In this document: piece by piece, positions 27,201 to 39,900 of the stretch | How positions within the stretch are numbered: position 1 is the first letter of the stretch | Layout of the letters: each line of letters begins with the position of its first letter | Origin: Felis catus | Taxonomy: Eukaryota | Length of the DNA stretch: 64,000 nucleotides | Assembly (NCBI RefSeq): GCF_018350175.1 | Contig: NC_058373.1 | Location: 112,656,001-112,720,000 of the forward strand | Direction: 5' to 3' | Program-made: the position numbers and the translations under genes | Notes under the pieces: model-generated | The model's database searches: none | What the model saw: only the letters and a program-made list of their open reading frames with translations | Told to the model about the DNA's origin: nothing

Positions 27201-29289
27201 TAATATCCTCAATGGGGAAAAACTGAGAGCTTTCTCCCTAAGGTCAGGGACAAGACAAGGATGTCCACTCTCGCCACTGTTATTCGACATTGTTTTGGAA
27301 GTCCTAGCCTCAGCAATCAGACTACACAAAGAAATAAAAGGCATCCAAATCGGCCAGGAGGAGACCAAACTTTCAGTCTTCTCAGATGACATGGTACTCT
27401 ATATGGAAAACCCAAAAGATACCACCAAAAAACTGCTAGAACTGATCCATGAATTCAGCAAAGTGGCAGGATATGAAATCAATGCTCAGAAATCAGTTGC
27501 ATTCCTATACACCAACAATGAAGCAACAGGAGGAGAAATCAAGGAATCGATCCCATTTACAATTGCATCAAAACCCCTAAAATACCTAAGGATAAATCTA
27601 ACCAAAGAGGTGAAAAATCTATGCACTGAAAACTGTAGAAAGCTTATGGAGGAAATTGAAGAAGACACAAAAAAATGGAAAAAGATTCCGTGGTCCTTGA
27701 TAGGAAGAACAAATATTGTTAAAACTACCCAAAGCAATCTACATGTTCAATCCAATATCTATCAAAATAACACCAGCATTCTTCACAGAGCTATAACAAA
27801 CAATCCTAAAATTTGTATGGATCCAGAAAAGACCCTGAATAGCCAAAGCAATCTTGAAAAAGAAAACCAAAGCAGGAGGCATCACATCCCAGACTTCAAG
27901 CTGTATTACAAAGCTGTAATCATCAAGACAGTATGGTACTGGCACAAGAACTGACACTCAGATCAATAGAACAGAATAGAGAACGCAGAAATGGACGCAC
28001 AAATATATGGCCAACTAATCTTTGACAAAGCAAGAAAGACTATCCAATGGGATAAAGACAGTCTGTTCAGCAAGTGGTGCTGGAAAAGCTGGACAGCTAC
28101 ATGCAGAAAAATGAACCAGGACCACTTTCTTACACCATACACAAAAATAAAATCAAAATGGATGAAAGACCTCAATGTAAGACAGGAAGGCATCAAAATC
28201 CTAGAGGAGAAAGCAGGCAAAATCCCTCTTTGGCTTTGGCAGCAACAACTTCTTAACACGTCTCTGGAGGAAGGGAAACAAAAGCAAAAATGAACTATTG
28301 GGACCTCATAAAATAAAAACTTCTGCAAAGTGAAGGAAACAATCAGCAAAACTAAAAGCTAACCAACAGAATGGGAGAAGATATTTGCAAACGACGTATC
28401 AGATAAAGGGTTAGTATCCAAAATCTATAAAGAACTTCTCAAACTCAACACCCAAAAAACAAAGAATCCAGTGAAGAAATGGGCAAAAGACATGAATAGA
28501 CACTTCTCCAAAGAAGACATCCAGATGGCCAACCGACACATGAAAAAATGCTCAACATCACTCACCATCAGGGAAATACAAATCAAAACCACAATGAGAT
28601 ACCACCTCACACCTGTCAGAATGGCTAACATTAACAACTCAGACAACAGATATTGGTGAAGATGCAGAGAAAGAGGATCTCTTTTGCATTACTGGTGGGA
28701 ATGCAAACTGGTGCAGCTACTGTGGAAAACAGTATGGAGGTTCCTCAAAAAATTAAGAATAGAACTACCCTACAACCCAGCAAGTGCACTACTAGGTGTT
28801 TATCCAAGGGATACAGGTGTGCTGTTTCAAAGGGGCACATGCACCCCAATGTTTATAGCCGTACTATCAACAATAGGCAAAGTATGGAAAGAGCCCAAAT
28901 GTCCATCAATGGATGAATGGATAAAGAAGATGTGGTATATATACAATGGAGTATTATGCAGCAATCAAAAAGAATGAAATCTTGCCATTTGCAACTACGT
29001 GGTTGAAACTAGAGGGTTTTATGCTAAATGAAATTAGTCAGAGAAAGACAAATATCATATGACTTCACTCATATGAGGACTTTAAGATACAAAACAGATG
29101 AACATAAGGGAAGTGAAACAAAAATAATATAAAAACAGGGAAGGGGACAAAAACATAAAGAGGGGTTGTGGGAAGGGGGGATGGGCTAAATGGGTAAGGG
29201 GCATTAAGGAATCTTTGCCTAAAATCATGGTTGCACTATATGCTAACTAACTTGGATGTAAATTTTAAAAACTAATAAAAAGTTAAAAA
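24214..29289 (+). mobile_element. Felid-type LINE-1 with both termini, most of the 5' UTR missing, ORF1/ORF2 disrupted
   Basis: 5' end gggaggagccaaaatggcgg (YY1-site-like); ORF1 remnant about 24371-25239; ORF2 from ATG 25336 with EN (IGDFNTPL, SDH), RT ([14 protein letters not shown]) and Cys-rich (WWECKLVQ) motifs; stops and frameshifts (e.g. TAA 26971); A-rich tail. Confidence 0.97.
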
Positions 29290-29697
29290 TATATATCTCT
29301 CATTTTAAAAATTTGTCCTTTGTGTATTTAAATTTCAAAAAATATATATTTTAGAATACAAGTTAGTTTCATAGTCTCTGTAAATCAGAATATACTTAAA
29401 TATAACATGTCCATTTTGTACATCAGTATTGCAACCATCCTAATTCATCTCCTATTATTCCAACATTCTCTCAACAGGTTTCTTTGCTTCCTGTTTCCCA
29501 CCCATCAAATCAGTTTTTCAAATTGCAGCCCAGAGATATCCTTTGAAAACAAAAATATCAACATATTATTCTTCTTCTCAAAACTTAAGTGAAATATCAT
29601 TTTCCTATGAATACAAATTGATTTCTTTAAGATTATTTTCCAGGGCCTATATAAACTATCTCTGCTAACTGCCTTTTTAGCAGCATTTCCCACCCAC

Positions 29698-30041
29698 TGT
29701 TTTAATTTGGGCTGCTATAACAAAGTATCATAGACTGGCTGGCTTCTAAACAGAATCTTATTTCTCCCAATTCTAGATGCTTTAAATCTGAGAGTAGAAT
29801 GCCAGCATGGTTAGGTTCTGATGAGAGCCTCTTCCAGGTTGTAGAATTCTGACTTATGTTTGTATCCTTATGTGGCAATGGGTCAACAGTGAGAGAGCTC
29901 TTTGGAGTCCCTTTTTTAAAGGCACTAATCCCATTTATGATGGCTTCACCCTCATGACCACAGCACCTCCCAAAGGCTTTATCTCCTTATACCATCACAA
30001 TTGGGGTTAGGATTTCAACATACAAATTTTTGGGGAGAGAC
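29698..30041 (-). mobile_element. MLT1A-like solo LTR (ERVL-MaLR)
   Basis: gggctgctataacaaagtatcatagactgg...ggcactaatcccatttatga...ggggttaggatttcaacata. Confidence 0.85.
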
Positions 30042-30099
30042 CCATTTACTCTGTTCCACCCATTTGTCCTCATTGTTGTTACCACACACATCAGGTTCT

Positions 30100-30452
30100 C
30101 TTGCTAGCTTCTGAGTCCTTTTTACATACCATTTCCTCTGCCTGGAATGTTCTTCCCAGTCTGCCTCTAAACCTGTTTTTCAGGTAGCAGCTTAAATTTT
30201 TTTTTCTTCCTTCTTTTCTTCCCTAATCACCATTACCCTTTCTCACCTAAGACTAAAATGCCTTCCTACCATTTCCATAGTTTTTCATGTACCTGTAGCA
30301 CCTATTTAATTAGCTTAACACTTACTGATATTTTCCTATAAATCTGTAAACTCCCCTAAGGCAAGATTATTTACTCATTCTTGTAACCCCATTGCTTAAC
30401 ACTGCCTTGCCTATGGTAAGCACTCAGTACTTTCTGAATAAATAAATGAATT
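30100..30452 (+). mobile_element. L2 3' fragment
   Basis: cctctgcctggaatgttcttccc...ggtaagcactcagtactttctgaataaataaatgaa. Confidence 0.7.
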
Positions 30453-31486
30453 CACTCTAGTAACCATACTGTTCATATTTTGGAAGGTGTTTGAAGTAAT
30501 AAAAATAACAAATTATCCCACAATTAATTGGGAAATAAGTTCAGGTTTTTTATTCTTGTATTTTGTTTTTGGTTTTTGCCTTGGTAGCTCTCCACTAGAT
30601 GGATTTATATTGAAATTAATGATAATTCAAACTGTTACTGAGGGTAATGCACTAACTGAGTTAATTTGATTTTAAATATATTTCTTATTTTAAAAAACTA
30701 TTTCTGTCTTACCACTTAATATTGAATATGTCTGGCTGTTTATGCCTTTTCTAATTTGATATGTTTGAAGAAGACAAAACCAGAACAATCTTTCAAAGGA
30801 TACAAACAAAAATCCTTATCTTATTTATATTTCTTTTTCTGATGTTTATTTCATAAGCAAATTTAAGAAAATATATCTCAACTTTTTGTTGAATAACATG
30901 TTGCTATCTTAACTCTAGTGCTGACAAAAATAATAATTTTATCTTCTGTATCATATGTAGAAATATCTAAAAATTAGAACTAAAGAGTAAGTAGTTTCTT
31001 TCAAAGATGTTAGAAATTTATGTTTACATATTAAAAACTGAAAGGTAATATATAATGCCTACCTCATGGATGTTCTGAGTAGAAAATAAAATTACTAGTA
31101 TAGTATATGACAGATAAAAAGCACTAGTTAAATATTAGATGTTAAGTTACTTACAAGTCATCTTAACATCTTTTCCATATTATTAATGGCAAAAGAAAAA
31201 GTTAGTTCTCTGCACCCTCCCTTCTCTCAAAAGAGAAAAGAGAAAAAACAGTAGAAAAGGAAGTAAGATATTCTCTAGAAAAAACAAGGTACTGTATAAG
31301 GTACTGAAACAGATACATCACAGAACATGAAGCAAAAAAAATCATTGAACTTTTATCATACTTTTTTCTTTATATCTTTTATCATTCCCTTTCATGTTAT
31401 CTTAGACTATTATTTTTGACATAGTCTTTGATAATATTAAAAATAATCCATCAGTGGTCCCCATTGTGTTAAGTATACATTCTAGA

Positions 31487-31680
31487 GGGATGTGTAGGTG
31501 GCTCAGTCAGTTGAGCATCTGATTCTAGAGGTCATGATCCCAGGGTCATGGGATCAAGCCTCATGTTCAGCTCCTCACCAAACATAGAGCCTGCTTAAGA
31601 TTCTCTCTCTCTCTACCTCTGCCCTTCTCCCCCACTCATTCTCTCCCTCTCTCTGAAATAAAATGAAATGAAAGATAAAA
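31487..31680 (+). mobile_element. Older CanSINE
   Basis: ggtggctcagtcagttgagcatctga...gagcctgcttaagattctctctc; flanked by atacattct. Confidence 0.88.
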
Positions 31681-31693
31681 AGAATACATTCTT

Positions 31694-31900
31694 GGAGCCC
31701 CTGGGTGGCTCAGTCAGTTAGGCGTCCAACTTTGGCTCAGGTCATGATCTCGTGGTTTGTGAGTTCAAGCCCTGTGTTGGGCTCTGGGCTGACAGCTCAG
31801 AGCCTGGAGCCTGCTTCAGATTCTGTGTCTCCTTCTCTCTCTGCCCCTTGCCCATTCATACTCTCACTGTCTCCCAAAATAAACAAACATTTAAAAAACT
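31694..31900 (+). mobile_element. CanSINE (SINEC_Fc-type); tail interrupted, remainder at about 32185-32205
   Basis: ctgggtggctcagtcagttaggcgtcc head; body matches the other SINEC_Fc copies. Confidence 0.92.
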
Positions 31901-31907
31901 TTTTAAT

Positions 31908-31950
31908 TATGGAAACCAATTTGACAATAAATTTCATATATTAAAAAAAA
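31908..31950 (+). mobile_element. Extremely 5'-truncated cat L1 (terminal about 35 nt plus poly(A))
   Basis: tatggaaaccaatttgacaataaatttcatatatt-A(n) matches my recollection of the young cat L1 3' terminus; flanked by aaaaacttt repeats. Confidence 0.7.
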
Positions 31951-31956
31951 ACTTTA

Positions 31957-32176
31957 GGGGCGCCTGGGTGGCGCAGTCGGTTAAGCGTCCGACTTCAGCC
32001 AGGTCACGATCTCACGGTCCGTGAGTTCCAGCCCGGCGTCGGGCTCTGGGCTGATGGCTCAGAGCCTGGAGCCTGTTTCCGATTCTGTGTCTCCCTCTCT
32101 GTCTGCCTCTCCCCCGTTCATGCTCTGTCTCTCTCTGTCCCAAAAATAAATAAACGTTGAAAAAAAAATTTTTTTT
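31957..32176 (+). mobile_element. Young felid CanSINE (CpG-retaining subfamily)
   Basis: ggggcgcctgggtggcgcagtcggttaagcgtccgacttcagccaggtcacgatc; TSD aaacttta. Confidence 0.96.
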
Positions 32177-32970
32177 AAACTTTAATAAATAAAATGCAAG
32201 AAAAAGGAATACATTCTAGAGACTGAGAAGTGGGAGGATCCTAAGCCCACCTCATCCCATGGATACACCTAGATAACAGCCATGTCAATGTAACAAACCC
32301 AGAAAACGAGACAGGCAGAACAGACTCTCCACAGGTAGCTGTAGAGAAGAGGCCACATGAAAAAAACAATAGGAAGAGTAGAGACCTGGGCAACTATGGT
32401 ATGGAACCAAACTAACCTATGAGACTAACCACATCAGGAGGAATACCACAAGCATGGAAAAGGAAGAACAGGCTACACTAGGCACCCCAGATACGGGGGA
32501 CCTGCCCTGGGAAGATGAGTCCCCATAACATTTGGCTTTGAAAACCAGGGGAGCTTAACTTCATGAGTTTTACAGCCAGTGGACTTAACACTAGGAACTT
32601 TAAAAATCAGCAGCTTGGCTCTGGGAGAGCCAGAGGTGATAGGAAATTGAATGCTCACCCTTAAAGAGAACAGTATAGCAAACAACCCACTGAAATCAGT
32701 GTAGAAGCAGCAGTTTGAAAAGCTCCTGTGGACTGCTCCATCCAACCCACCCTACTCATCAGGGGTCTCTCCAAAGTGGCACCTAACATGTTTCATTCTG
32801 CGAGCAGCCCCAGCAGTGGCCAGCACCACTCCAAAGTAACTAAGTAGTTCTTGCCCTGGGGAGTAGGGAAGATAACCATACATACAGGTTAACTGCAGCC
32901 CAACAGTGGGCTGGGGTCAGACATCTTATCTGATTGCCAGCTTCACCCATCAATTAAAACCTCACTGGGA

Positions 32971-33186
32971 AGGGTGCGTTGGTGGCTCAATCAGTTAAGC
33001 ACCCGACTTCAACTCAGGTTATGATCTCAAAGTTGGCAAGTTCGAGCCCCGCGTCAGGCTCTGTGATGACAGTTCAGAGCCTGGATTCTGCTTTGGATTC
33101 TGTGTCTCCCTCTTTTTCAGCCCTTCCCCCACTCATGCTGTGCCTCTGTCTTCTCTCGAAAATAAATAAATATTTAAAAATTTAAA
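32971..33186 (+). mobile_element. CanSINE in the L1 5' UTR
   Basis: SINEC body; TSD aaaacctcac. Confidence 0.92.
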
Positions 33187-36100
33187 AAACCTCACGGAGT
33201 AGCAAAGAAAGAACCCTGTAGTTCAGTGTGACTGCAACCCCAGCAGACAGATTGGGGGCAGACATCTGGTATGACTGCAGGCCCCTCCCACCAAAGAGTC
33301 TCTTGGAGAGTGCCCTGCAATCTGGTGTGCTCACATTTCTGGCAAACAGAAATGCCTCCTGAGGGAGGCATCTGATCTAGCCAAACTTGAAGCCCAAGTC
33401 AGCCCCAGACTGACCCCTTAACTGCACAGAGACCAAACTCTGCCCACCACAAGCACAGAGGGCCATGGAAGCCAACTGGACTGAAGGCAGACATGGCTCA
33501 GCCACAACAGTGGAATGCAAGCAACACACATAGGAGACAGCCCTGAAGCAACACGTTCTTGTGAACAGTGGACATTGCACTACAAGACACTACAAGACTT
33601 CTTGATCAGGAAATGTTGACTTTCCTAATATGTAGGATAAAAATCACAAAGTTGGACAAAATGAGGAGAAAGAGGAATGTGTCCCAAATTGAAGAACAAG
33701 ACAAAATCACAGCAAAGGAGCTAAATGAAATGAAGATAAGTAATATACCTTATAAAGAATTCAATATAATAGTTACAAACATACTTACTGGACTTGAGAA
33801 AACAGTGAGAGGATCTCAGTGAGACCTTCAACAAAGAGATAGAAAATATATAAAATAACCAGAGATGAAGAACTCAATAACTGAAAAAAAAATACACAAG
33901 AGGGAGTAAATAGTAGACAAACAGAAGCAGAGGAACAGATTGGCAAGTTGGAAGACAGAGTAATGTAAAGCAAGCAAGCTGAACAGCAAATACAAAAAAT
34001 AATAAAAATTGAGAATAGATTAAGGAAACTCAGTGATAGTATCAAGTGTTAATAATATTTTCATTATAGGGATTTCAGTAAGAGGAGAGAGAAAAGGGAG
34101 CATAAAATTTATTTGAAAAAGTAGTAGCTGAAAACATCCCTAGTCTGAGGAAACAGACATTCAGATCCAGGAGGCAAAATCAAGCCCCTTACAAAATCAA
34201 CCCAAGGAGTCTATACCAGGACACATAATAATTAAAATGGCAAAAAGTATGACAAAAAGAGAATTTTTAAAGTAGCAACAGAAAAGTTATATACAAGAGA
34301 AACTCTGTAAACTTATTAGTGATTTTTTTTAAGCAGAAACTCTGCAGACCAAAAGGGAGTGGCATTGATATGTTCAAAGTGTTGAAAGGAAAAAATCTGC
34401 AACCAGAATATCCAGCAAGCTTCTCAATCCAAATAGACGGAGCTTTAAAGAGTTTTCCAGACTAACCAAAGTTAAAGAATTCCTCACCATTAAACTACCC
34501 TTACAAGAAATGTTAAAGGGAATTCTTTGGGTGGAAAGAAAAAGCCATAATCAGGATTTAAAAAATTATGAAAAGAAAAAATTTCACAGGTACATACAAA
34601 CATGATTAAAGTAGTACATCAATCACTTATAAAACCAGTACAGAGGTTAAAGTGCAACAATAATAAAAATCAATTGTATCTATAAAAATCAGTCAAGGTA
34701 TTTGCAAGATAAAAGTATGGAAAGTATGACATCGTATACATGAAAACTTGGGGAGAGAATAAAACTTTGGTTCTTCAGGATAGTGTCAAACTTAGGCACC
34801 ATCATCCTACTATAGACTGCTGTATGCATAGGATGTTATATATAATCCTGGTGGAAATCACAAATCAAAAGCCTGTAGTAGATACACAAAAAATAAAGAG
34901 AAAGGAATCCAAGCATATCATTACAGAAATCATAAACCACAAGGAAAGAGGGCAAAAGAAGAAAAGAACCAAGAACTACAAAAACAACCATAAAGGAAGT
35001 AACAAAATGGCAATAAGTATGTACCTATCAATAATTACTTTGTATTTAAATGGAATAAATGCTCCAAAGACATGGGGTGACTGAATGGGTAAAAAGCAAG
35101 TCTCATTTATAAGCTGCCTACAAGAGACTCATTTCACACCTAAAGACACCTGCAGATTCAAAGTGAAGGAATGGAAAAACATTTATTATGCAAATAGAAG
35201 TGAAAAGAAAGCTGACATAGCAATACTTATCTTGTACAAAATAGATTTTAAAACAAAGACTGTAATAAGAGTCAAAAAAAAAAGGACACTACATATGCAC
35301 AAAGGGAGCAATCCAACAAAAAGCTATAACAATTGTAAATATTTATGCACCCAATGTAGAAGCGTCCAAATACATAAAGCAACTATTAACAGGCATGAAG
35401 AAAGAAATTGACAATAATACAATAATAGTAGGGGAATTCAACACCCTACTTACATCAATAGATCATCCAGACAGAAAATTAACTGGGAAACAGTGGCTTT
35501 GAATGACACATTGTACCAGATGGATCTAACAGATGTATTCAAAACTCCCCATCCAAAAACAGAATACACACTCTTTTCAAGTGTACATGGAACATTATCC
35601 AGAATAGATCACATGATTAGGCCACAAAACAGGTCTAAACAAAATCAAATGACTGAAATCATATGCATCCTTTCTGACCACAACAATGTAAAACTAGAAA
35701 TGAAAAAATTTGGAAAGAATACAAATACATTGAAGATAAAAAAAAAAAAAAGTGCTATTCAACAGTGAATGGGTCCACCAGGAAATCAAAAAAAATCTAT
35801 GGAGACAATTGAAAATGAAAACATACTGGTCCAAAATCTTTGGGAGGCAGCAAAAGCTGTTCTAAGAGAGAAGATTATAACAATACAATTATATTATAAT
35901 TCTATTAACAATTATATATAGTATTATACATATATAAAATATAATGATATGTATATATATATATATACTATACATACATATGTATATGTACATGTATATG
36001 TATATGGCAATGCTTGGCAATGCTTGCCTCATAGAATGAATTTGGAAGTTTCCCTTCCTGTGTTTTTTGGAACAGTTTGAGAAAAATAGGTATAAACTGT

Positions 36101-36688
36101 TTTTTTTTTAAGCATTTGCTAGAATTCCCCTGTGAAGTCATCTGGTACTGGACTTTTGTTTGTTGCAAGTTTTTTTAACAATACAATAATTATAACGATC
36201 TTGAGGCCTACCTCAAGAAGGAGCAAAAATCTCAAATAAACAACCTAAGCTTACACCTAAAAGAGCTAGATGAAGAATAAATAAAACCCAAAGCCACTGT
36301 AAGAAAGGAAATAATAAGGATTAGATCAGAAATAAATGAAATAGAAATTTAAAAAAAAATAACAGATCAATGAAACCAAGAGCTGGTTCTTTGAAAAAAA
36401 ATCAATAAAATTGATAAACCTTTAATCAGAATTATGAAAAGAGAGAGAGAGGACTCAAAAAATAAAATTAGAAATGAAAGAGAAGAAATAACAGCCAATT
36501 CCACAGAAATACAAATGATTATGACAGAATATTACAAAAAATTATATACCAACAAATTGGACAACCTGGAGGAAAAGCAAATTTCCTAAAAATATGTAAC
36601 TTCCCAAAATGGAATCAGGAAGAAGTACAAAATTTAAACAGACCGGTTACTAGCAATGAAATTGAATCAGTAATCAAAAAATTCCCAA

Positions 36689-36940
36689 GGCCTCCACAGT
36701 TGCTCAGTCAGTTAAGCATCTGACTCTTGATTTCATGACAGGTCATGATCTCATGGGTCATGGGTTTGAGCCCCAACGTCAGGCCCCACGCTGACAACAT
36801 GGAGCCTTCTTGAGATACTCCCTCTCTCCCTCTCCCTCTCTCCCTCTGTCTCTCTCCCTCCCTCCCTCCCTCTCTCTCTCCTCCCCCCAGTCCCCTCTTG
36901 CACTCGCTGTCTCAAAATAAATAGGTAAACTTAAAAAAAA
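36689..36940 (+). mobile_element. CanSINE in L1 ORF2
   Basis: gctcagtcagttaagcatctgactcttgatttc, long CT-rich tract, poly(A). Confidence 0.9.
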
Positions 36941-39900
36941 AAATCACAACAAACAAAAGTCCAGGACCAGATGGCTTCACAGGTGAGTTCTAGCAAACAC
37001 TGAAAAAAGAGTTAATACCTATTTTTCTCAAACTATTCCAAAAAATAGAGGAAGAGAAACTTCCAAATTCATTCTATGAAGCAAGCATTGCCCTAATAAC
37101 CAAAGCAGAGAAAGACACCACAAAAAAGGAAGACTATAGGTCAATATCTGTGATGAACATACATGCAAAAATCCTCAACAAATTATTAGCAAACCAAATC
37201 CAACAATACATTTAGAAAGTCATTTGCCATGATTAAGTGGAATTTATTCCAGGGATACAAGGGTGGTTCAATATTCTCAAATCAGTCAAAATGATACATC
37301 ACATTAACCAGAGAAAGGATATAAAACAATATAATCATTTCAATAGATGCAGAAAAAGCATTTCACAAAGTATAACATCCTTTCATGAAAAAACTCTCAA
37401 TCAAATATATTTATAGGGAACATGCCTCAACATAATAAAGGTAATACATGAAAACCCACAACTAAAATCATACTCAGTGGTGAAAAACTGAGAGCTTTTC
37501 TTCTAACATCAGGAATAAGACAAGGATGTCCATTCTCACCACTTTTAATCAATATAATACTGAGAGCCTAGCCACAGCAAATACACAAGATAAACAAATG
37601 AAAGACATCCAGGCTGATAAGGAAGAAGTAAAACTTTCACTATTCGCACATGTCATGATACTATATATAGAAAACTCTAAAGACTCCACCAAAAAACTAC
37701 TAGAATTGATGAATGCAATAAATCTCAAGATACAAAATTAATATACAAAAATCTGTTGGATTTCTATCCACCAATAATGAAGTAACAGAAAGAAATTAAG
37801 AAAATAATCCCACTTACAATCCCACCAAAAAAATAAGATGCTTAGGAATGAACCTAACCAAAGACATGAAAGACCTGTAATTGGAAAAAGTATAAAACAT
37901 TGATGAAAAAAATTGAAGATGATACAAATGGAAAAAGTATTACATGCTTATGGGTTGGGAGAACCAATAGTGTTAAAATGTCGATACCACCCAAAGCAAT
38001 CTCAGATTTAATGCAATCCATCAAAATTCCAGCAACATTTTTCACAAAGCCCGAACAAATAATCTTCTAATTTATATGTAATTACAAAAGACTCTGAACG
38101 TAGCCCAAGCAGTCTTGAAAAAGAAGTACAAAACTGAAGGTCTCACAATCCCAGATTTCAATACATGCTGAAGAACTGTAGGAATCCAAACAGTATGGTT
38201 TTGGAACAAAATAGACAAATAGATCAATGGAACAGAATAAAGAGCCCAGAAATGAACCCATGATTTTATGGTCAATTAGTCTATGACAAAGGAGGCAAGA
38301 ATATACAGTGGGTGAAAGACAGTCTCTTCAATAAGTGATGTTGGAAAAACTGAACAGCTAGACTGAAAAGAATGAAACTGGACCACTTTCTTACATGGTA
38401 CACAAAAATAAACTCAAAATGGATTAGAGGCCTAATGTAGGACCTATAACCATAAAATTCCTACAAGAAAACATAGGTAGTAATCTCTTTGACACCTACT
38501 ATCAAAACATTTGTAGATCTGTCTTCTTTGGCAAGGGAAACAAATGGCAAAATTAAACTGTTGGGACTACACCAAAATAAAAAGCTCTTGCAAAGCCAAG
38601 GAAACCAAAAAAACAAAAAGACAACCTAATAAATGCAAGAAGATATTTGCTAATTACATATATGATAAAGGGTTAGCACCCAAAATATATAAAGAAGCTA
38701 TGCAACTGAACACCAAAAAATGAAATAATCCAATTAAAAATAGGCAGAACATGAACAGACTTTTTTCCAAAGAAAACATACAGAGAGACAACATACACAT
38801 GAAAAGATACTCAATATCACTAATTATCAGAAATGCAAATCAAGACCACAGTGAGATACCCACCTCACTCCTGTTCAGAATAACTAAAATAAAAAACAAG
38901 AATCAACAAGTGCTGGCAAGGATGTAGAGAGGAAGGAATCCTCATGCACTGTTGGTGGGAATACAAGCTGGTGTAACCACTATGGAAAATAATACAAGGT
39001 TCCTCAAAAAATTAAAAATAGAATTACCATATATGATCCAGTAATTTCACTACTGGGTATTTGCCCAAAAAAATTAAAACAAAAATTCAAGGATATATGC
39101 ATCTTTATATTTACTGCAGCATCATTTATAATTGCTGAGATATGGAAGGCACCCAAGTGTCCATCCATAGATGAATAGATAAAGTAGATGTGGTATATCT
39201 ATAGAATGGAATACTATTCAGCCATAAAAAGAATGAAATCTTGTCATTTGAAACAACATGAGTGGATCTAGAGGACATAATGCTAAGTGAAATAACTCAT
39301 GTAAAGACAAATACCATATGATTTCACTCATATGTGGACTTTATGAAACAAACAGAAAAAAAAAGACTTAAAGAGAATAAATTGATAGTTGCCAGATGGG
39401 TGGTGGGTGAGGAGATGGATGCAGTGGGTAAAGGTGATTAAGATTACAGTTATCATAATGAGCACTGAGAAATGTATAGATTTGTTGAATCATTATATTG
39501 TACACCTGAAACTAATATAGCACTGTATGTTAACTATACTGGAATTGAAATTAAAAATTTAATAATTAAAAAAAAGAGGTCTACATCTTTACAGGGAATT
39601 CATGACCTTCTTCATCTAATCCCAATGTACTTTTTAAGGGAAAAGTGGCCAGTATTTATTGATTATCCGTAATATACTAGACACTATACATTATATTTCA
39701 AAGATTATATTAATCCTTACAATCACTCAGGTTTTGAAAACTAAGCATTAGAGAGGCTATGTAACTAAGCCAGGATTATATTAATAGTAAAGAGTAGATC
39801 AATAGCATTAAGGAAAGGAGAGGGGCAATATGAGAGATTTTACATGTCTAGCAAATTACCAAATGATGCTATGTTCTCATGCAGAGACTACATTTTGGAA

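Larger units (their letters stand above)
32220..39574 (+). mobile_element. Near-full-length older carnivore L1, degenerate
   Basis: 5' UTR ggaggatcctaagcccacctc; ORF1 remnant MRRKRNVSQIEEQDK (from 33661); long inter-ORF spacer; ORF2 remnants [24 protein letters not shown]; 3' end tgtacacctgaaactaatatagcactgtatgttaac plus poly(A). Confidence 0.93.

Noticed and set aside
26551..27954. 140-aa and 326-aa RT-like ORFs as an active or domesticated gene
   Set aside because: Fragments of a dead L1 ORF2: premature TAA at 26971, frameshifts, EN deletion and FADD changed to FSDD.
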